DNA of 64,000 bases from an uncultured delta proteobacterium (GCA_963808235.1 CAWEEQ010000001.1:64001-128000), one strand, 5' to 3'; positions 10,289-20,927 are shown, counted from the first letter of the stretch. Notes: generated from the letters alone by a model not told the origin. A program made the numbers and translations.

Positions 10289-12106
10289 TCACGACCCGAG
10301 AGTTGTTGCGGGATAATAGATTCCTTCGGGCTGGCGCACCCACCATGCTCCAGTTGCTTTTTTTTCGGCAGGGCTGGAATAGCGATAGTCGTAAAGCAAG
10401 GCCCTTACGTAGAGAGGGGGTTTGCGAGGAAACGGATTGCTCGCGAGCAGCGCCGTCACGTCCGGCGAATTTTCCAGCAACCGCCGCAAGAACATCGTAA
10501 ACCAGGGATTTTCCGAAGCCGTCCCGAGGGCGGCAAACCACATCTGCCAGTCAAGGCGCGGCTGGTGCGGAAGATTCCATCGCGGCGCCCGCATCATGTC
10601 ACCCGGTTTGTATTTGAATTCGTATTCGCGCCAGTTAACGCCATCGTCCGATCCTTCGACGATAATCTCCGGCAGGGTGGTGGTCATCACCGCAAACAGA
10701 CCGTACGTATTGACTATACGCAGCGGCGCGATTTCGCCGTAGATCCATGCGCCCGGGGCGGAGACCCGACCGCCGAACTCCGCATGAAGCTGGACAAGAC
10801 CGGCGGTTACAATCAACATCGCGAACGCTCCGACGACGGTAAGAGAAACGACTCTTATCGGCTTGATTTCCTGAACGTGGTGTTTCACGAACCGGGTCAG
10901 GTTTTCCGGAAGAACTTTGCGCAGCGCGGCATCGTCGAACAGCACCAAACACAAGGCCATGGTCAGCAGATTGAAGAACGCGTAATTGCCGGTAAGAAGG
11001 ATCACAACTTGCAACAGCAAAATGCCGAACGCGGCGACGAACCTCAGCCGGCGCGGGCAGAAAATTAAAAACGGTAGTCCCAGTTCGATAACAAGGGTCG
11101 CTGCCGTTGCCGCCGTGAGTACACCCTGCGGCAGGTGATGTGCGTACCAGCCGAGCGGCGTAGGCAGTGGCTCGGTCTGAAAATAGTAGGAGAGCGCGGA
11201 GAGGTTGGCCCAGGTGGGGTCGCCGCTCAGAACCTTGACCGCGCCGGAAAGGAACATGAAGCGGAATAGCAGCCATCGCAGCAACCATATGCCCGGCTTG
11301 GTAGCGATGCTCAGTAGTAGGGCAAGGAATCCAGCTTCGAGCAAAAGCAGATCCCACTGAAAGCCCATAAACTCCTGACCGGCGTAAAAGATCGAGAGAT
11401 AAAGCGCATAGAGAAAAAACAGGCTGAGTCGAGGCAGAAAATTGAAAATCAGGAGCATCGACAGCGCGGCCCCCGCCCAAGCCGCGGCCTGAATTGCGAA
11501 ATCGCTTTGGTCCAGCCAGAACACCATCGGAAACCGCCAGTAGCCGTCTAAGGCGAGATGGCTCCGGACGACGTCGGCGAACTCGGATAGCGGCAGGATG
11601 CCGTGGCTGCCGATCAATCCCAGCGCCTGCACGGCAAATGAGATGAAGGCAGCAAGATAAATCAGTCCCATCGCGCGCAGAAACAGCCACGAAACCAGAT
11701 CGAATCGCGGCGGCTCATAGTCGCGTCCCCACAGCCACAGGCTCGGGCGATACAACGCGGAACGATGCGAAGCGACAAACGCATACAAGCCCTCGGCGAT
11801 TGCGGCAAAACCGGGAAGACGCCGATAAAGCATCAGCCAGAAGCCCTTGCCGCTTGCGTGACTTAACGCAAGAAGAGCGGCTTCGGCGCCGCTCGCGATT
11901 TTCCCATCGGGCGCTACGTATTGGACGGCGCGCTGGAAAGCGGTCACAGGAATATCCGGATATTGTGCGGCTACTTCCTGGTACGGCGCGTAAGTCACGA
12001 GATCGCCGGTGAGTCTCTGCCAATAACGCACCCAGATGATGCAAAATCCGCAATCACCGTCGTAGATCAGAATCGGCTGGCGGGAGACGGTGTTCGTTGT
12101 TTGCAT
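10289..12106 (-). CDS. lipase maturation factor family protein with N-terminal DCC1-like thiol-disulfide domain
   Basis: YDGDCGFC (DCC1); FQWDLLLLEAGFL, YGLFAVMT, PHQPRLDWQMWFAAL (LMF1). Confidence 0.9.
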   Translation of the reverse strand: MQTTNTVSRQPILIYDGDCGFCIIWVRYWQRLTGDLVTYAPYQEVAAQYPDIPVTAFQRAVQYVAPDGKIASGAEAALLALSHASGKGFWLMLYRRLPGFAAIAEGLYAFVASHRSALYRPSLWLWGRDYEPPRFDLVSWLFLRAMGLIYLAAFISFAVQALGLIGSHGILPLSEFADVVRSHLALDGYWRFPMVFWLDQSDFAIQAAAWAGAALSMLLIFNFLPRLSLFFLYALYLSIFYAGQEFMGFQWDLLLLEAGFLALLLSIATKPGIWLLRWLLFRFMFLSGAVKVLSGDPTWANLSALSYYFQTEPLPTPLGWYAHHLPQGVLTAATAATLVIELGLPFLIFCPRRLRFVAAFGILLLQVVILLTGNYAFFNLLTMALCLVLFDDAALRKVLPENLTRFVKHHVQEIKPIRVVSLTVVGAFAMLIVTAGLVQLHAEFGGRVSAPGAWIYGEIAPLRIVNTYGLFAVMTTTLPEIIVEGSDDGVNWREYEFKYKPGDMMRAPRWNLPHQPRLDWQMWFAALGTASENPWFTMFLRRLLENSPDVTALLASNPFPRKPPLYVRALLYDYRYSSPAEKKATGAWWVRQPEGIYYPATTLGS

Positions 12107-12265
12107 AACGCCAGATTATCCTCAAAGACCAAAAAAGAGAGAGTGTTTCGATTCTGATCGCGTTCCAGGAGGACGCGCCTTGACCCGTTCGACCACCTCG
12201 CATCCCAAGGCGCTTGATCGCAACTGACCAAAAAGATTAGAGAAGTCATTCGGGAGCCAGTCCTA

Positions 12266-13870
12266 GTGACGGCTCCCCGGGGGAGAAGGGCGCTACGAAC
12301 GTCCAACATCGGACCCGATGCCGCGATCGGATCGAGCAATTCGGGAGCCACCCGGATTGATGAGCCCATCCGCGCCGGCCGCGACGCGCTCACACAGCAG
12401 CCGCTCAGCCTTAGTGCGCCGCGGCTATTCGGTATCTTCGCCCTCGAACTGCTTTTGATTGATATCGCGCGGCTTCCCAACGACTTGTATTTCGATCGCT
12501 TCGCGTTCTTCGACAATGGCGCGAACCTCAGCCTGCAATACCTGACGTCGATCGGATATCGGCCGGCGATTGATTTCGGCTATCAATACGGACTGCTCGC
12601 GGCGCTGGTCGGAAGAGCGTGGTTTGGATGCCTCGGCGCGACGCCTTTCGCCTATGAATTGGCGATGGCGACCGGCGCGATTTTGTTCGCGTGGGCGATG
12701 GCGAAGATCTTCGCGGGGCGGAAGATCGGCGCGTCGGGCCTCGCGCTGTTGATCATATCGCTCGGCTTCGCCTTCCAGAGCAGCTATCCAAACCTGGCTC
12801 ATTGCATCGAGGCGGTGATCCTCTCCCACGCGCTCGCTGAGCAGGTTCGCGGGTCCAATCGAAACGCGCTCGTGCTCGCGACCCTCGCGATCTTCGACAA
12901 ACCGAGCATGGGCTACGTACTCGGCACCGTCTTGTTGTTACTGATCGCGCTCGAGGTTCGTCGCAAGCACGGCACTTTCCGCGATTTCATCGATGCTGTC
13001 ATTCCGGGCGCCATCGTCTCTATCGTCCTGAGCGTCGTGCTGATCACTATCTACGGCGCACGATCTTTTCTTTTCACGATGGTGCCGATCGAAGGCGTAA
13101 GCCTTTATCGCGAAGCGCACTTTGGCTTTATCAACGGCCCCGGGAGAGTTCTCTGGGATCCATCTGGCCGGCCGCTGCGTCGCTACTTCCTCGATATCCC
13201 CGGCTTCTGGATGGCGAGCACTGTGTACTTGGTCATCGCGGCTGTCGCGCAAGTCATGAGCTATCTCCGGAGTAAGAGCCTGCCGCGCGCCGGCGAGGCT
13301 ATCATAACGTGTGCAGTCCTCCATCTTACTTTCATCTTTGTGCTTTTTGGCAGCGGGGCATCGTGGATTTACGATTCGTACCTGCTCGCGATCGGATGCG
13401 GTCTCGCGACGGAGACGGGTAGGCGATGGCAGCTGTTTGCAGCACCACTATGCGCGTTGGCCATGCTGGCGTGGTTCGACACCGCTGTTGACATCGGTCG
13501 CGAGTGGAAATGGACCTCGCCCAATCCGGCGACAGCCGGACTATGGGCCGCACCTGAAGAAGCCGGCGAATGGAACCGGGTGGTCGCCATGGCGCATCGG
13601 GAAAAGATGATCGTGATCGATAACGACGGCGCAGTTGAACTGATGTATCCGGAGTTTGGCAAGCCGGTCAGTCTCTATCTCAATCCCGGCTTGCGGACGA
13701 CGGAAGAGGTCGCACGAAAAGTCGCGCAACTCTCAACCGCGAGCGCATTCGTGGTGTCTCGGGCCCAGCGCTCATTTGGCGTCGGAGACGCGCCCGAGAT
13801 CACCGCCGCGACGCGGGAATTCGAACCCGAGTGGAAAGGTAATTTCTTCGAGGTTTATCGGCGGCGATAA
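12266..13870 (+). CDS. multi-pass membrane protein, possibly GT-C-fold glycosyltransferase; start uncertain
   Basis: about 10 hydrophobic segments, early periplasmic loop with DNG/RPAIDFGYQYG, soluble C-terminal domain. Confidence 0.55.
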   Translation: MTAPRGRRALRTSNIGPDAAIGSSNSGATRIDEPIRAGRDALTQQPLSLSAPRLFGIFALELLLIDIARLPNDLYFDRFAFFDNGANLSLQYLTSIGYRPAIDFGYQYGLLAALVGRAWFGCLGATPFAYELAMATGAILFAWAMAKIFAGRKIGASGLALLIISLGFAFQSSYPNLAHCIEAVILSHALAEQVRGSNRNALVLATLAIFDKPSMGYVLGTVLLLLIALEVRRKHGTFRDFIDAVIPGAIVSIVLSVVLITIYGARSFLFTMVPIEGVSLYREAHFGFINGPGRVLWDPSGRPLRRYFLDIPGFWMASTVYLVIAAVAQVMSYLRSKSLPRAGEAIITCAVLHLTFIFVLFGSGASWIYDSYLLAIGCGLATETGRRWQLFAAPLCALAMLAWFDTAVDIGREWKWTSPNPATAGLWAAPEEAGEWNRVVAMAHREKMIVIDNDGAVELMYPEFGKPVSLYLNPGLRTTEEVARKVAQLSTASAFVVSRAQRSFGVGDAPEITAATREFEPEWKGNFFEVYRRR

Positions 13871-13874
13871 ATCA

Positions 13875-15233
13875 GTGGCTGAGAGCGCAACACAGATCGG
13901 GCGCCGCGGCAGTGTTGCCAATCCTCATATCGTCGTTATCGGCGCCGGATTCACCGGCCTTGCGGCCGCCTACCAGCTCGCGAGCATGGGAGTCGGCGTG
14001 ACCGTGCTCGAGGCGGACGCCGAGGTGGGCGGACTGGCCGGCTGTTTCGAGGTCAACGGCGAGCGGCTCGAGAAGTTCTATCATCATTGGTTTCTCAGCG
14101 ACTCCCACATCATGCAGCTAGTCGAGGAACTGGGCTGCGAGGACAATATCATTTGCCGGCCGACTCGGACGGGGATGTACCTCGCCAACAATTTCTTCAA
14201 CCTGAGCACTCCGCTCGACCTATTGAGATTCAAGCCGCTTAAGTACATCGATCGGATCCGGCTTGCGGCGCTGGTCTTGCGCGCACGAGCGGTAGTTGAC
14301 TGGGAACAGCTCGAGTCGCTTACGGCCGAGCAATGGCTCTCGCAGCTCGGTGGCAGTACCGTCTACAAGGTCGTCTGGGAGCCGCTTTTGCGCGGTAAGT
14401 TCGGATCCCACGTGTCCGATATCTCCGCGGTATGGTTCTGGAACAAACTGAAGCTCAGAGGCAGGAGCCGGGATCGCAGGGGTCACGAGATATTGGCTTA
14501 CTATCGGGGCGGCTTCGCAGCGCTGGCGAGACGGATTGCTGCGGAAATCACCGCCAAGGGTGGGCAGATTCGAACCGGGGCCGCCGCCGGTGCCCTGCTC
14601 GTCGACGGCAATCGCGTCACCGGTCTGAAGACCGGGAATGAAGTAATCGAGGCGGACGCCGTGATTGCGACGCCCGCGCTGCCAATCATCGCCGATCTCC
14701 TTCGGCCTCACGTTCTTCAGGACTACGTGGACCGGTTATGCAAAATCCAGTACCTGGCCAATCTCTGTGTCGTCCTGGAGCTCGATCGGAGTCTCTCCAA
14801 GACCTATTGGTTGAACGTCAATGACCCAGGGTTTCCATTCGTCGGCGTGATCGAACACACCAATTTCGAGCTGGCCGAAACCTACGGTGGCAGGCACATA
14901 GTCTATCTGTCGAAGTATCTGGCTGAGAGCGACCCGCTGTATGCGATCAGTGACGCGCAGGTGCTTGAGTATTCGCTCCCTCACCTGCAGCGCATGTTTC
15001 CGGATTTTGCACGCAGTTGGATACTTGCCTCGCACGTCTGGCGCGCCCGTTTCGCGCAGCCAGTCGTTCTTCGTGGTTACAGAAACATGATTCCCCCTGC
15101 GCAAACGCCGATCGACGGCTTCTATATCGCTACGATGGCGCAGATCTATCCCGAGGACCGGGGCACCAACTACGCGGTAAGAGAAGGCAGAGCCATCGCA
15201 CAAACGGTATGCGACCGAGTGCGGGGCTCATAA
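13875..15233 (+). CDS. FAD-dependent oxidoreductase (amine oxidase/protoporphyrinogen oxidase-like, uncharacterised family)
   Basis: VVIGAGFTGLAAA...E...GGLAG, LEKFYHHWF, IYPEDRGTNYAV; GTG start 4 nt after upstream stop. Confidence 0.85.
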   Translation: MAESATQIGRRGSVANPHIVVIGAGFTGLAAAYQLASMGVGVTVLEADAEVGGLAGCFEVNGERLEKFYHHWFLSDSHIMQLVEELGCEDNIICRPTRTGMYLANNFFNLSTPLDLLRFKPLKYIDRIRLAALVLRARAVVDWEQLESLTAEQWLSQLGGSTVYKVVWEPLLRGKFGSHVSDISAVWFWNKLKLRGRSRDRRGHEILAYYRGGFAALARRIAAEITAKGGQIRTGAAAGALLVDGNRVTGLKTGNEVIEADAVIATPALPIIADLLRPHVLQDYVDRLCKIQYLANLCVVLELDRSLSKTYWLNVNDPGFPFVGVIEHTNFELAETYGGRHIVYLSKYLAESDPLYAISDAQVLEYSLPHLQRMFPDFARSWILASHVWRARFAQPVVLRGYRNMIPPAQTPIDGFYIATMAQIYPEDRGTNYAVREGRAIAQTVCDRVRGS

Positions 15234-15262
15234 ACCGCGCTGGCGCGCGCGTTCTCTTTCGC

Positions 15263-15976
15263 TCACTGAATCCAGCCCCGATCCTGGAATCTGGTCTTGA
15301 GCTCCACAGCGATTGCGTCGGCAGTCGCTTTTGCTCTCCCCTCCAGTGTGTTCCTGCCGCTCGCCTCCCCGTAAACTTTCAACCCGCCGACGACAATCAG
15401 GCCGATTGGATTTCCGGTAGCGATCGCCACGGCGGCCGGCACGACCATTCCGGGGGTTTTATTTCCGGACGAGCTAAGAGTACCCGACCCGAGTTTGCGC
15501 AAGCCTTGGGGCGTCACAGCGTAGCCTTCGACCACGGTATCCATTTCGGAAGTTCCGTAGCCGAATCCGATGACGAAACGCTTGACGGCGCCCCCACCCT
15601 GGACCGAGACCAGGTAACCGCGGATTACTCCATCGCCGACTTGCGGCGAGGATCCCGGCCCGGCCTGCACGGCGGTCAGGCCCATCGCGTTGATATCAGC
15701 GACCAGATCCGCGGCGATAGACGCGCCGAGCTGACGGCCCTCTTCGATTTGTTTGCGCGTCAGTGGGGTGCTCGGCGCAGTGACCGAACCGCTGATCGAG
15801 GAATCGGCCGGCATGTCGGCGGGGTCGGCGACGAAGTTGTACACCCAAATCCGATTGGGCCGCGCCATCCCCTGGTTGACCACCGGTGTTTGCTGAGTGA
15901 CTTGCGTCGAGGCGCACCCGGTTACAACAAACAGGGCGAGCAAACATAGTGCGATACGGCTACTAGACTTCATCAC
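15263..15976 (-). CDS. DUF4410-like lipoprotein
   Basis: lipobox VVTG-C, RIWVYNF, RFVIGFGYG, GNKTPG motifs. Confidence 0.75.
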   Translation of the reverse strand: MMKSSSRIALCLLALFVVTGCASTQVTQQTPVVNQGMARPNRIWVYNFVADPADMPADSSISGSVTAPSTPLTRKQIEEGRQLGASIAADLVADINAMGLTAVQAGPGSSPQVGDGVIRGYLVSVQGGGAVKRFVIGFGYGTSEMDTVVEGYAVTPQGLRKLGSGTLSSSGNKTPGMVVPAAVAIATGNPIGLIVVGGLKVYGEASGRNTLEGRAKATADAIAVELKTRFQDRGWIQ

Positions 15977-16443
15977 GAATCTCCTCGAGGCGTTTGGTGG
16001 AGCAGATTTCCGTACGGCATACCTGATCGAGCACGCCCTTGCTCAATTGATACCTCGATCGCGGCGTCCTGCGCTTTCTCTCTTCTATCTTCTACAAACG
16101 CGACGCCTAGAAGTCGAACAGATTGTCCTTGATCAATTTCGGAATAACCGGCGTTACGTTTCTCCGCCGCAGTCTCGTCAGCAGCCCGGCACGAAATAGT
16201 CATCGCTACCACCCATACGGAGGTTGACGCAAATTTGTCCTTATTGGAGGATAGCGGTCGCACATATACCTCTCGTTCGGTTTTCCGGGGTTGAACTTGC
16301 GGACCTGCGGGTGTGCGGTCTTCTTGTACGCGGCGAAACTGTTCGATCAGAACGAAGTCCGATTTCCAGTCTTGACTGGCACTGTCCAAGGAAACAACGT
16401 TGAGCAATTTTCAGCCGCTAACTGCCGCCGAGGTTTATCGACA

Positions 16444-17997
16444 ATGAAGTTACTGACCAAGCCCGAGGGCCGATCATTGCCGTTGATACTCGCGGCGGCA
16501 GTCCTGATTTCCACCTCGCCGCTGATCACCGGTTGCTCGCGTGGCGATGAACAACCCGCCGCCGCGCCGTCCTCGGACGCGCAACCGAGCGTCGCGGCGA
16601 CTGCGGCGCCGGCAGCTCCTCCTCCCGCGGCGGCCGTTGAACCCGGTCCACCTCCTGGGGCTGCTACCGTGCAAGAGTTGCAGGAGCTGGTCTCGCCCAT
16701 CGCGCTCTATCCCGATGTGCTGGTGGCGCAGATTCTCGCCGGATCGACCTATCCTACCCAGGTGGTCGAGGCCGATAGATGGCTCAAGCAGAACCCGAAC
16801 CTGACCGGCGATCAGCTAGCCGCTCAGGTGAATCCGCAGCCGTGGGATCCGAGTATCAAGTCGTTGACTCAGTTCCCTACTGTACTGCAAACGATGAACG
16901 ACAATCTGGCCTGGACTTCGGCGCTGGGCGAAGCGTACTACAATCAGCCCTCTGATGTGATGAATGCGATCCAGGTACTGCGCAACATGGCGGTAAACGC
17001 TGGAACCCTCAAGACCACAGATCAACAGAAAGTCGAAGTCGCGCCGGCTCCTCCCGCGGCCGCCCAAGCCGCCGGGCAACCCTCGGTGCAGCAGACGGTC
17101 GTCATCCAGCCAGCCCAGCCGACTACGGTCTATGTCCCGCAATACAATCCGACCACCGCTTACGGCGCACCGGTTGCGGCGCCTGCGGGGTACACCGGGA
17201 GCGATTTGCTCCTTACGGGTGTTTTGTCGTTTGGCGCAGGAATTTTGGTTGGGTCGCTGATCAACAACGGCAACAATAACTGGGGCTGCAATTGGTATGG
17301 GGGCGGCGGCCATAGCAGCTCGGTCAAGTACAACAACAACGTTTACGTCACGAACAACAACGTATACCCGGGACGACCCCCTGGTGGGGGTTACCCTGGA
17401 TATCGTCCGCCGAACGCGGGGTATCCGCGCCCGGGATATCCTCCCCGTCCCGCGCAATATCCCGCAACGCGGCCGGCTTACAACGGTAGCGGTGGATACA
17501 ATCGTCCGAACACCGGCGCAATTCCGGCAACGCGGCCGTACAACCCGACGACCGCAAGGCCGTATGCGGCGAACAATCCCAGTCAAATGAAACCAAATTT
17601 TCCCAAAGCCAGTACGCTTCCCAACAATCCGGCCGGGTCAAATCTGAACAAGAACAATGCGGCGAAAAATCGACCCAACCAACCAACTAATCCCGTCGCA
17701 TCCACTCGTCCTGCAGAGGCCAATCGTCCAGCTCAGGCCAAGCCCGCAAATCGCGCATCCGATCCAGCGCGAGGATTTGCGAAAGACTCTGGCAGCAAGG
17801 GCGGCCGCAATAGCGCCTTGGGTGGATATGAACCCGGCGGAGCTGCACAGGCATCGAGCAACCGCGGACAAAACAGTCTGAAGGGAAACCAAAGGGCGGC
17901 CGGCGAACGCGGCAACGCTTCTGGTGGAAACAATCCCAAACGCGGCGGGACTGGCGGAGGCGGCGGCGGAAATCGCGGTGGGCGAAAAAAGGGGTAA
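16444..17997 (+). CDS. DUF3300 family lipoprotein with long low-complexity C-terminus
   Basis: lipobox LITG-C; LVSPIALYPDVLVAQILAGSTYP, WDPSIKSL, VYVPQYNP. Confidence 0.9.
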   Translation: MKLLTKPEGRSLPLILAAAVLISTSPLITGCSRGDEQPAAAPSSDAQPSVAATAAPAAPPPAAAVEPGPPPGAATVQELQELVSPIALYPDVLVAQILAGSTYPTQVVEADRWLKQNPNLTGDQLAAQVNPQPWDPSIKSLTQFPTVLQTMNDNLAWTSALGEAYYNQPSDVMNAIQVLRNMAVNAGTLKTTDQQKVEVAPAPPAAAQAAGQPSVQQTVVIQPAQPTTVYVPQYNPTTAYGAPVAAPAGYTGSDLLLTGVLSFGAGILVGSLINNGNNNWGCNWYGGGGHSSSVKYNNNVYVTNNNVYPGRPPGGGYPGYRPPNAGYPRPGYPPRPAQYPATRPAYNGSGGYNRPNTGAIPATRPYNPTTARPYAANNPSQMKPNFPKASTLPNNPAGSNLNKNNAAKNRPNQPTNPVASTRPAEANRPAQAKPANRASDPARGFAKDSGSKGGRNSALGGYEPGGAAQASSNRGQNSLKGNQRAAGERGNASGGNNPKRGGTGGGGGGNRGGRKKG

Positions 17998-18088
17998 TCG
18001 AGGAATTCCAATGACGCCGAATGAAATGTCCAGGGGATACCTCATCGTCGACTTGCACCACGCGGCGAACGCGACAGGGAAAAGGCTC

Positions 18089-19057
18089 ATGTCTAATTTT
18101 TTCCAACATTCCGGAGTCAGGATCTCGCTCGTTCGCCCGGCTGCCGCTCTTGGAGCGCTCCTGCTGGCGTGCCTGTTGGCCCCAGGTTTCGCATTCGCAG
18201 ATGGATCCACGGCTCAACAGGTGTTCCCTTCGCCGGACGCCGCGGTCAGCGCGCTGGTTGCCGCCGGCAAAGCGGACGACATGAAAACCCTGGGCTCCAT
18301 TCTGGGCCCGGACTCGGATCAGATCCTTTCATCGGGAGATCCAGTCGCAGATAGCAATGCCCGCAACGACTTCCTGCGCAACTATCAGGAAATGCATCGG
18401 CTCGCCTATGACGATCAGGGGCGGGTCATTCTTTATGTCGGCGCTCAGAACTGGCCGGTTCCAATTCCGCTCGTAAAGAAGAATGACGGGTGGGTTTTCG
18501 ATACGGCCGCCGGTAAGGAAGAGCTGCTATTCCGACGAGTAGGTCGAAACGAGCTATTCACAATCAACGTTCTGCAAGACCTCGTGAACGCTCAGGCGGA
18601 GTATGCAAGCGAAGCGCGCGATGGCGAAAGCACCGGCCAGTTCGCTCAGAAAATCCTGAGCGATGCCGGTAAGCACAACGGTCTTTACTGGGAAGCCGGC
18701 GAAGGACAACCCGAAAGTCCGATTGGACCGCTGGTCGCGAGCGCAACCGCCCAAGGTTACAAGAAGGACAGTGCCGATAATCCAGTTCCATTTCATGGGT
18801 ACTACTACAAGGCACTGACAAGGCAAGGTAAGAATGCTCCGGGCGGTGCAAAGAATTATTTGGTCGATGGCAAGATGACCAATGGATTCGCATACGTCGC
18901 CTATCCAGCTGAGTATCGCGCATCGGGAGTGATGACATTCATGGTCAACCAGGATGGTATCATCGTTCAGAAAGATCTCGGACCCGACACCGCCAAGTTG
19001 GCTGGCGAAATAACCGAATTCAATCCCGACAAGACGTGGCAAGAAGTGGACGAGTAG
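18089..19057 (+). CDS. DUF2950 family protein
   Basis: signal peptide; WPVPIPLVK, RRVGRNEL, HNGLYW, PFHGYYYK, YPAEYRASGVMTF. Confidence 0.9.
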   Translation: MSNFFQHSGVRISLVRPAAALGALLLACLLAPGFAFADGSTAQQVFPSPDAAVSALVAAGKADDMKTLGSILGPDSDQILSSGDPVADSNARNDFLRNYQEMHRLAYDDQGRVILYVGAQNWPVPIPLVKKNDGWVFDTAAGKEELLFRRVGRNELFTINVLQDLVNAQAEYASEARDGESTGQFAQKILSDAGKHNGLYWEAGEGQPESPIGPLVASATAQGYKKDSADNPVPFHGYYYKALTRQGKNAPGGAKNYLVDGKMTNGFAYVAYPAEYRASGVMTFMVNQDGIIVQKDLGPDTAKLAGEITEFNPDKTWQEVDE

Positions 19058-19058
19058 T

Positions 19059-20927
19059 TTGTGTTTGCGACGTGAATGGAACCTCCCGGCCAACTACAGG
19101 GCCGTAGTTACATTCATCGTCCTGTTCGCATGCGGTTGCGCCACCCCGGTTGGCGTAACGCGCCTCGACGAGCAGGCTGCACATCGCGAGCTCAACGCGA
19201 ATATCCTGTCTGCCGGCAGACCGAGCGACTACTCGACACAGTTTCTGGAGCGATCCGCTCTTAGCGAGCGCTTCAAAAATGACCCGCAAATAGTCCTGGC
19301 CGAGTTGTACTCCGGACTTGGCAAACCTGACGAGCACGACCGCCTGTTCGCGCTATCCGAGCTATCATTTGATTACGCGGAAGAATCGGGCAACCGATCC
19401 TACTATCTTGCTTCCGCCGTCTACGCGTACGCCTTCCTGTTCCCGGCTAATCCAGCCGACGCACCAGGTCCGTACGATCCGCGCTTGCGACTCGCGGTTG
19501 ATCTCTACAATCGGGGCATCGCCCTGGGGCTCGCGACCAAGGACGGAAAGGAAGTCGATCTCAGCGAGCGTCAACTGAGTTTGCCCTTCGGGTCGCTCAG
19601 TCTGGGAATCGAGCCGGAAGGATTCAACTACGGCGGCAATCATCTGACGAAATTCGTGTCGCTCGCGGACCTCAAGGTTCGCGGGCTCCGCAACACGTAC
19701 CGCAGGCCGGGCATCGGCGCGGCGCTTTCGGCGCGAGTCGAGCCGACGCCGGGCAGCTCTGCGAGCCAATGGATTCCGCCGAGCGCTAAGGTGCCGATCA
19801 CCGCGTTCGTGCGCTTCGACGATCCTCGCCTTGCGATGAGCAACGGGCGGCTGCACGGCACCGTGGAACTCTACGACGAGGACCGGGTGAGTTTCGTGCA
19901 CGTCGGCACTCAGTCCGTGCCGCTCGAATCCGATCCCAGCGCAGCGCTTGCCTATCGGCTGGAAGGTGCGCCGATTTGGGATTTCGAGCTCGCGGGTTTT
20001 CGCAAGGGGGACTTTTCCCTGCTGGGCGCACGCGGCGGCGACGCCAACGGGCTCTTCATGTTGCATCCATACCACCCGAACATGATTCCGGTGGTGTTCG
20101 TTCATGGTACCGCATCGAGTCCCGCGCGATGGGCCGAGATGGCGAACGAGCTGCTCGGCGATCCAGCGATCGCGTCGCGCTATCAGCTTTGGTTCTTCCT
20201 CTATAACAGCGGCAATCCGATCGTGTTGTCGGCGATGCGTTTGCGAGAATCGCTCATCGCCGTGCGCAAGGACGTCGATCCCGAGGGAAAGGACGCAGCG
20301 CTCAACCAGATGGTCGTGATCGGCCACAGCCAGGGCGGGCTTTTGACGAAAATGATGGTCGTCGATAGCGGCAACCGCTTCTGGAGCAACGTTACGTTGG
20401 TTCCGTTTGAGCAGGTGGAACTCGATCCCGAGACGCGCGACCTGGCCTCTCGCGCGATGTTCTTCAAACCGCTGCCATTCGTCACGCGCGTGATTTTCAT
20501 CGCAACGCCGCATCGTGGCAGTTACATGGCCAGCAATCCCGTAGTTAAGTTCGGAAACAAATTTATCAATTTGCCGGGCGGTCTTGCGAAGTCAGCAGTT
20601 CAGCTCGGAAATCTTCGCGAGTCCAGCATGATGGGAACTCCGTTTGTGATTCCGACCGCGCTGGACAACATGGATTCCTCCAACCGGTTCATCAAGGCGC
20701 TCTCATCGTTGCCGATCGCTCCGGGCGTGCACGCTCACTCGATAATTCCGGTGAAAGGCAGCGGGCCGGTTGACGACGGCAACGATGGAGTCGTGGAGTA
20801 CAAGAGCGCGCATATCGACGGTGTCGAATCGGAGCTGGTTGTGCGTTCGGGGCACTCGACGCAGGCCACGCCCGAGACGATCGAAGAGGTCCGCCGCATC
20901 CTCTACGAGCACGCCGGAATCCACTGA
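19059..20927 (+). CDS. alpha/beta hydrolase (lipase/esterase-like) lipoprotein
   Basis: lipobox FACG-C; VFVHG oxyanion motif, GHSQG nucleophile, NDGVV, GHS triad. Confidence 0.85.
   Translation: MCLRREWNLPANYRAVVTFIVLFACGCATPVGVTRLDEQAAHRELNANILSAGRPSDYSTQFLERSALSERFKNDPQIVLAELYSGLGKPDEHDRLFALSELSFDYAEESGNRSYYLASAVYAYAFLFPANPADAPGPYDPRLRLAVDLYNRGIALGLATKDGKEVDLSERQLSLPFGSLSLGIEPEGFNYGGNHLTKFVSLADLKVRGLRNTYRRPGIGAALSARVEPTPGSSASQWIPPSAKVPITAFVRFDDPRLAMSNGRLHGTVELYDEDRVSFVHVGTQSVPLESDPSAALAYRLEGAPIWDFELAGFRKGDFSLLGARGGDANGLFMLHPYHPNMIPVVFVHGTASSPARWAEMANELLGDPAIASRYQLWFFLYNSGNPIVLSAMRLRESLIAVRKDVDPEGKDAALNQMVVIGHSQGGLLTKMMVVDSGNRFWSNVTLVPFEQVELDPETRDLASRAMFFKPLPFVTRVIFIATPHRGSYMASNPVVKFGNKFINLPGGLAKSAVQLGNLRESSMMGTPFVIPTALDNMDSSNRFIKALSSLPIAPGVHAHSIIPVKGSGPVDDGNDGVVEYKSAHIDGVESELVVRSGHSTQATPETIEEVRRILYEHAGIH

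Noticed and set aside
15973-16407. 144-aa ORF in the DUF4410/DUF3300 divergent spacer
   Set aside because: No recognisable motif or RBS, and it occupies the expected divergent promoter region.
17260-17400. AAC-rich repeats as a tandem repeat or CRISPR array
   Set aside because: They are Asn codons within DUF3300; there is no repeat-spacer periodicity and no cas gene.
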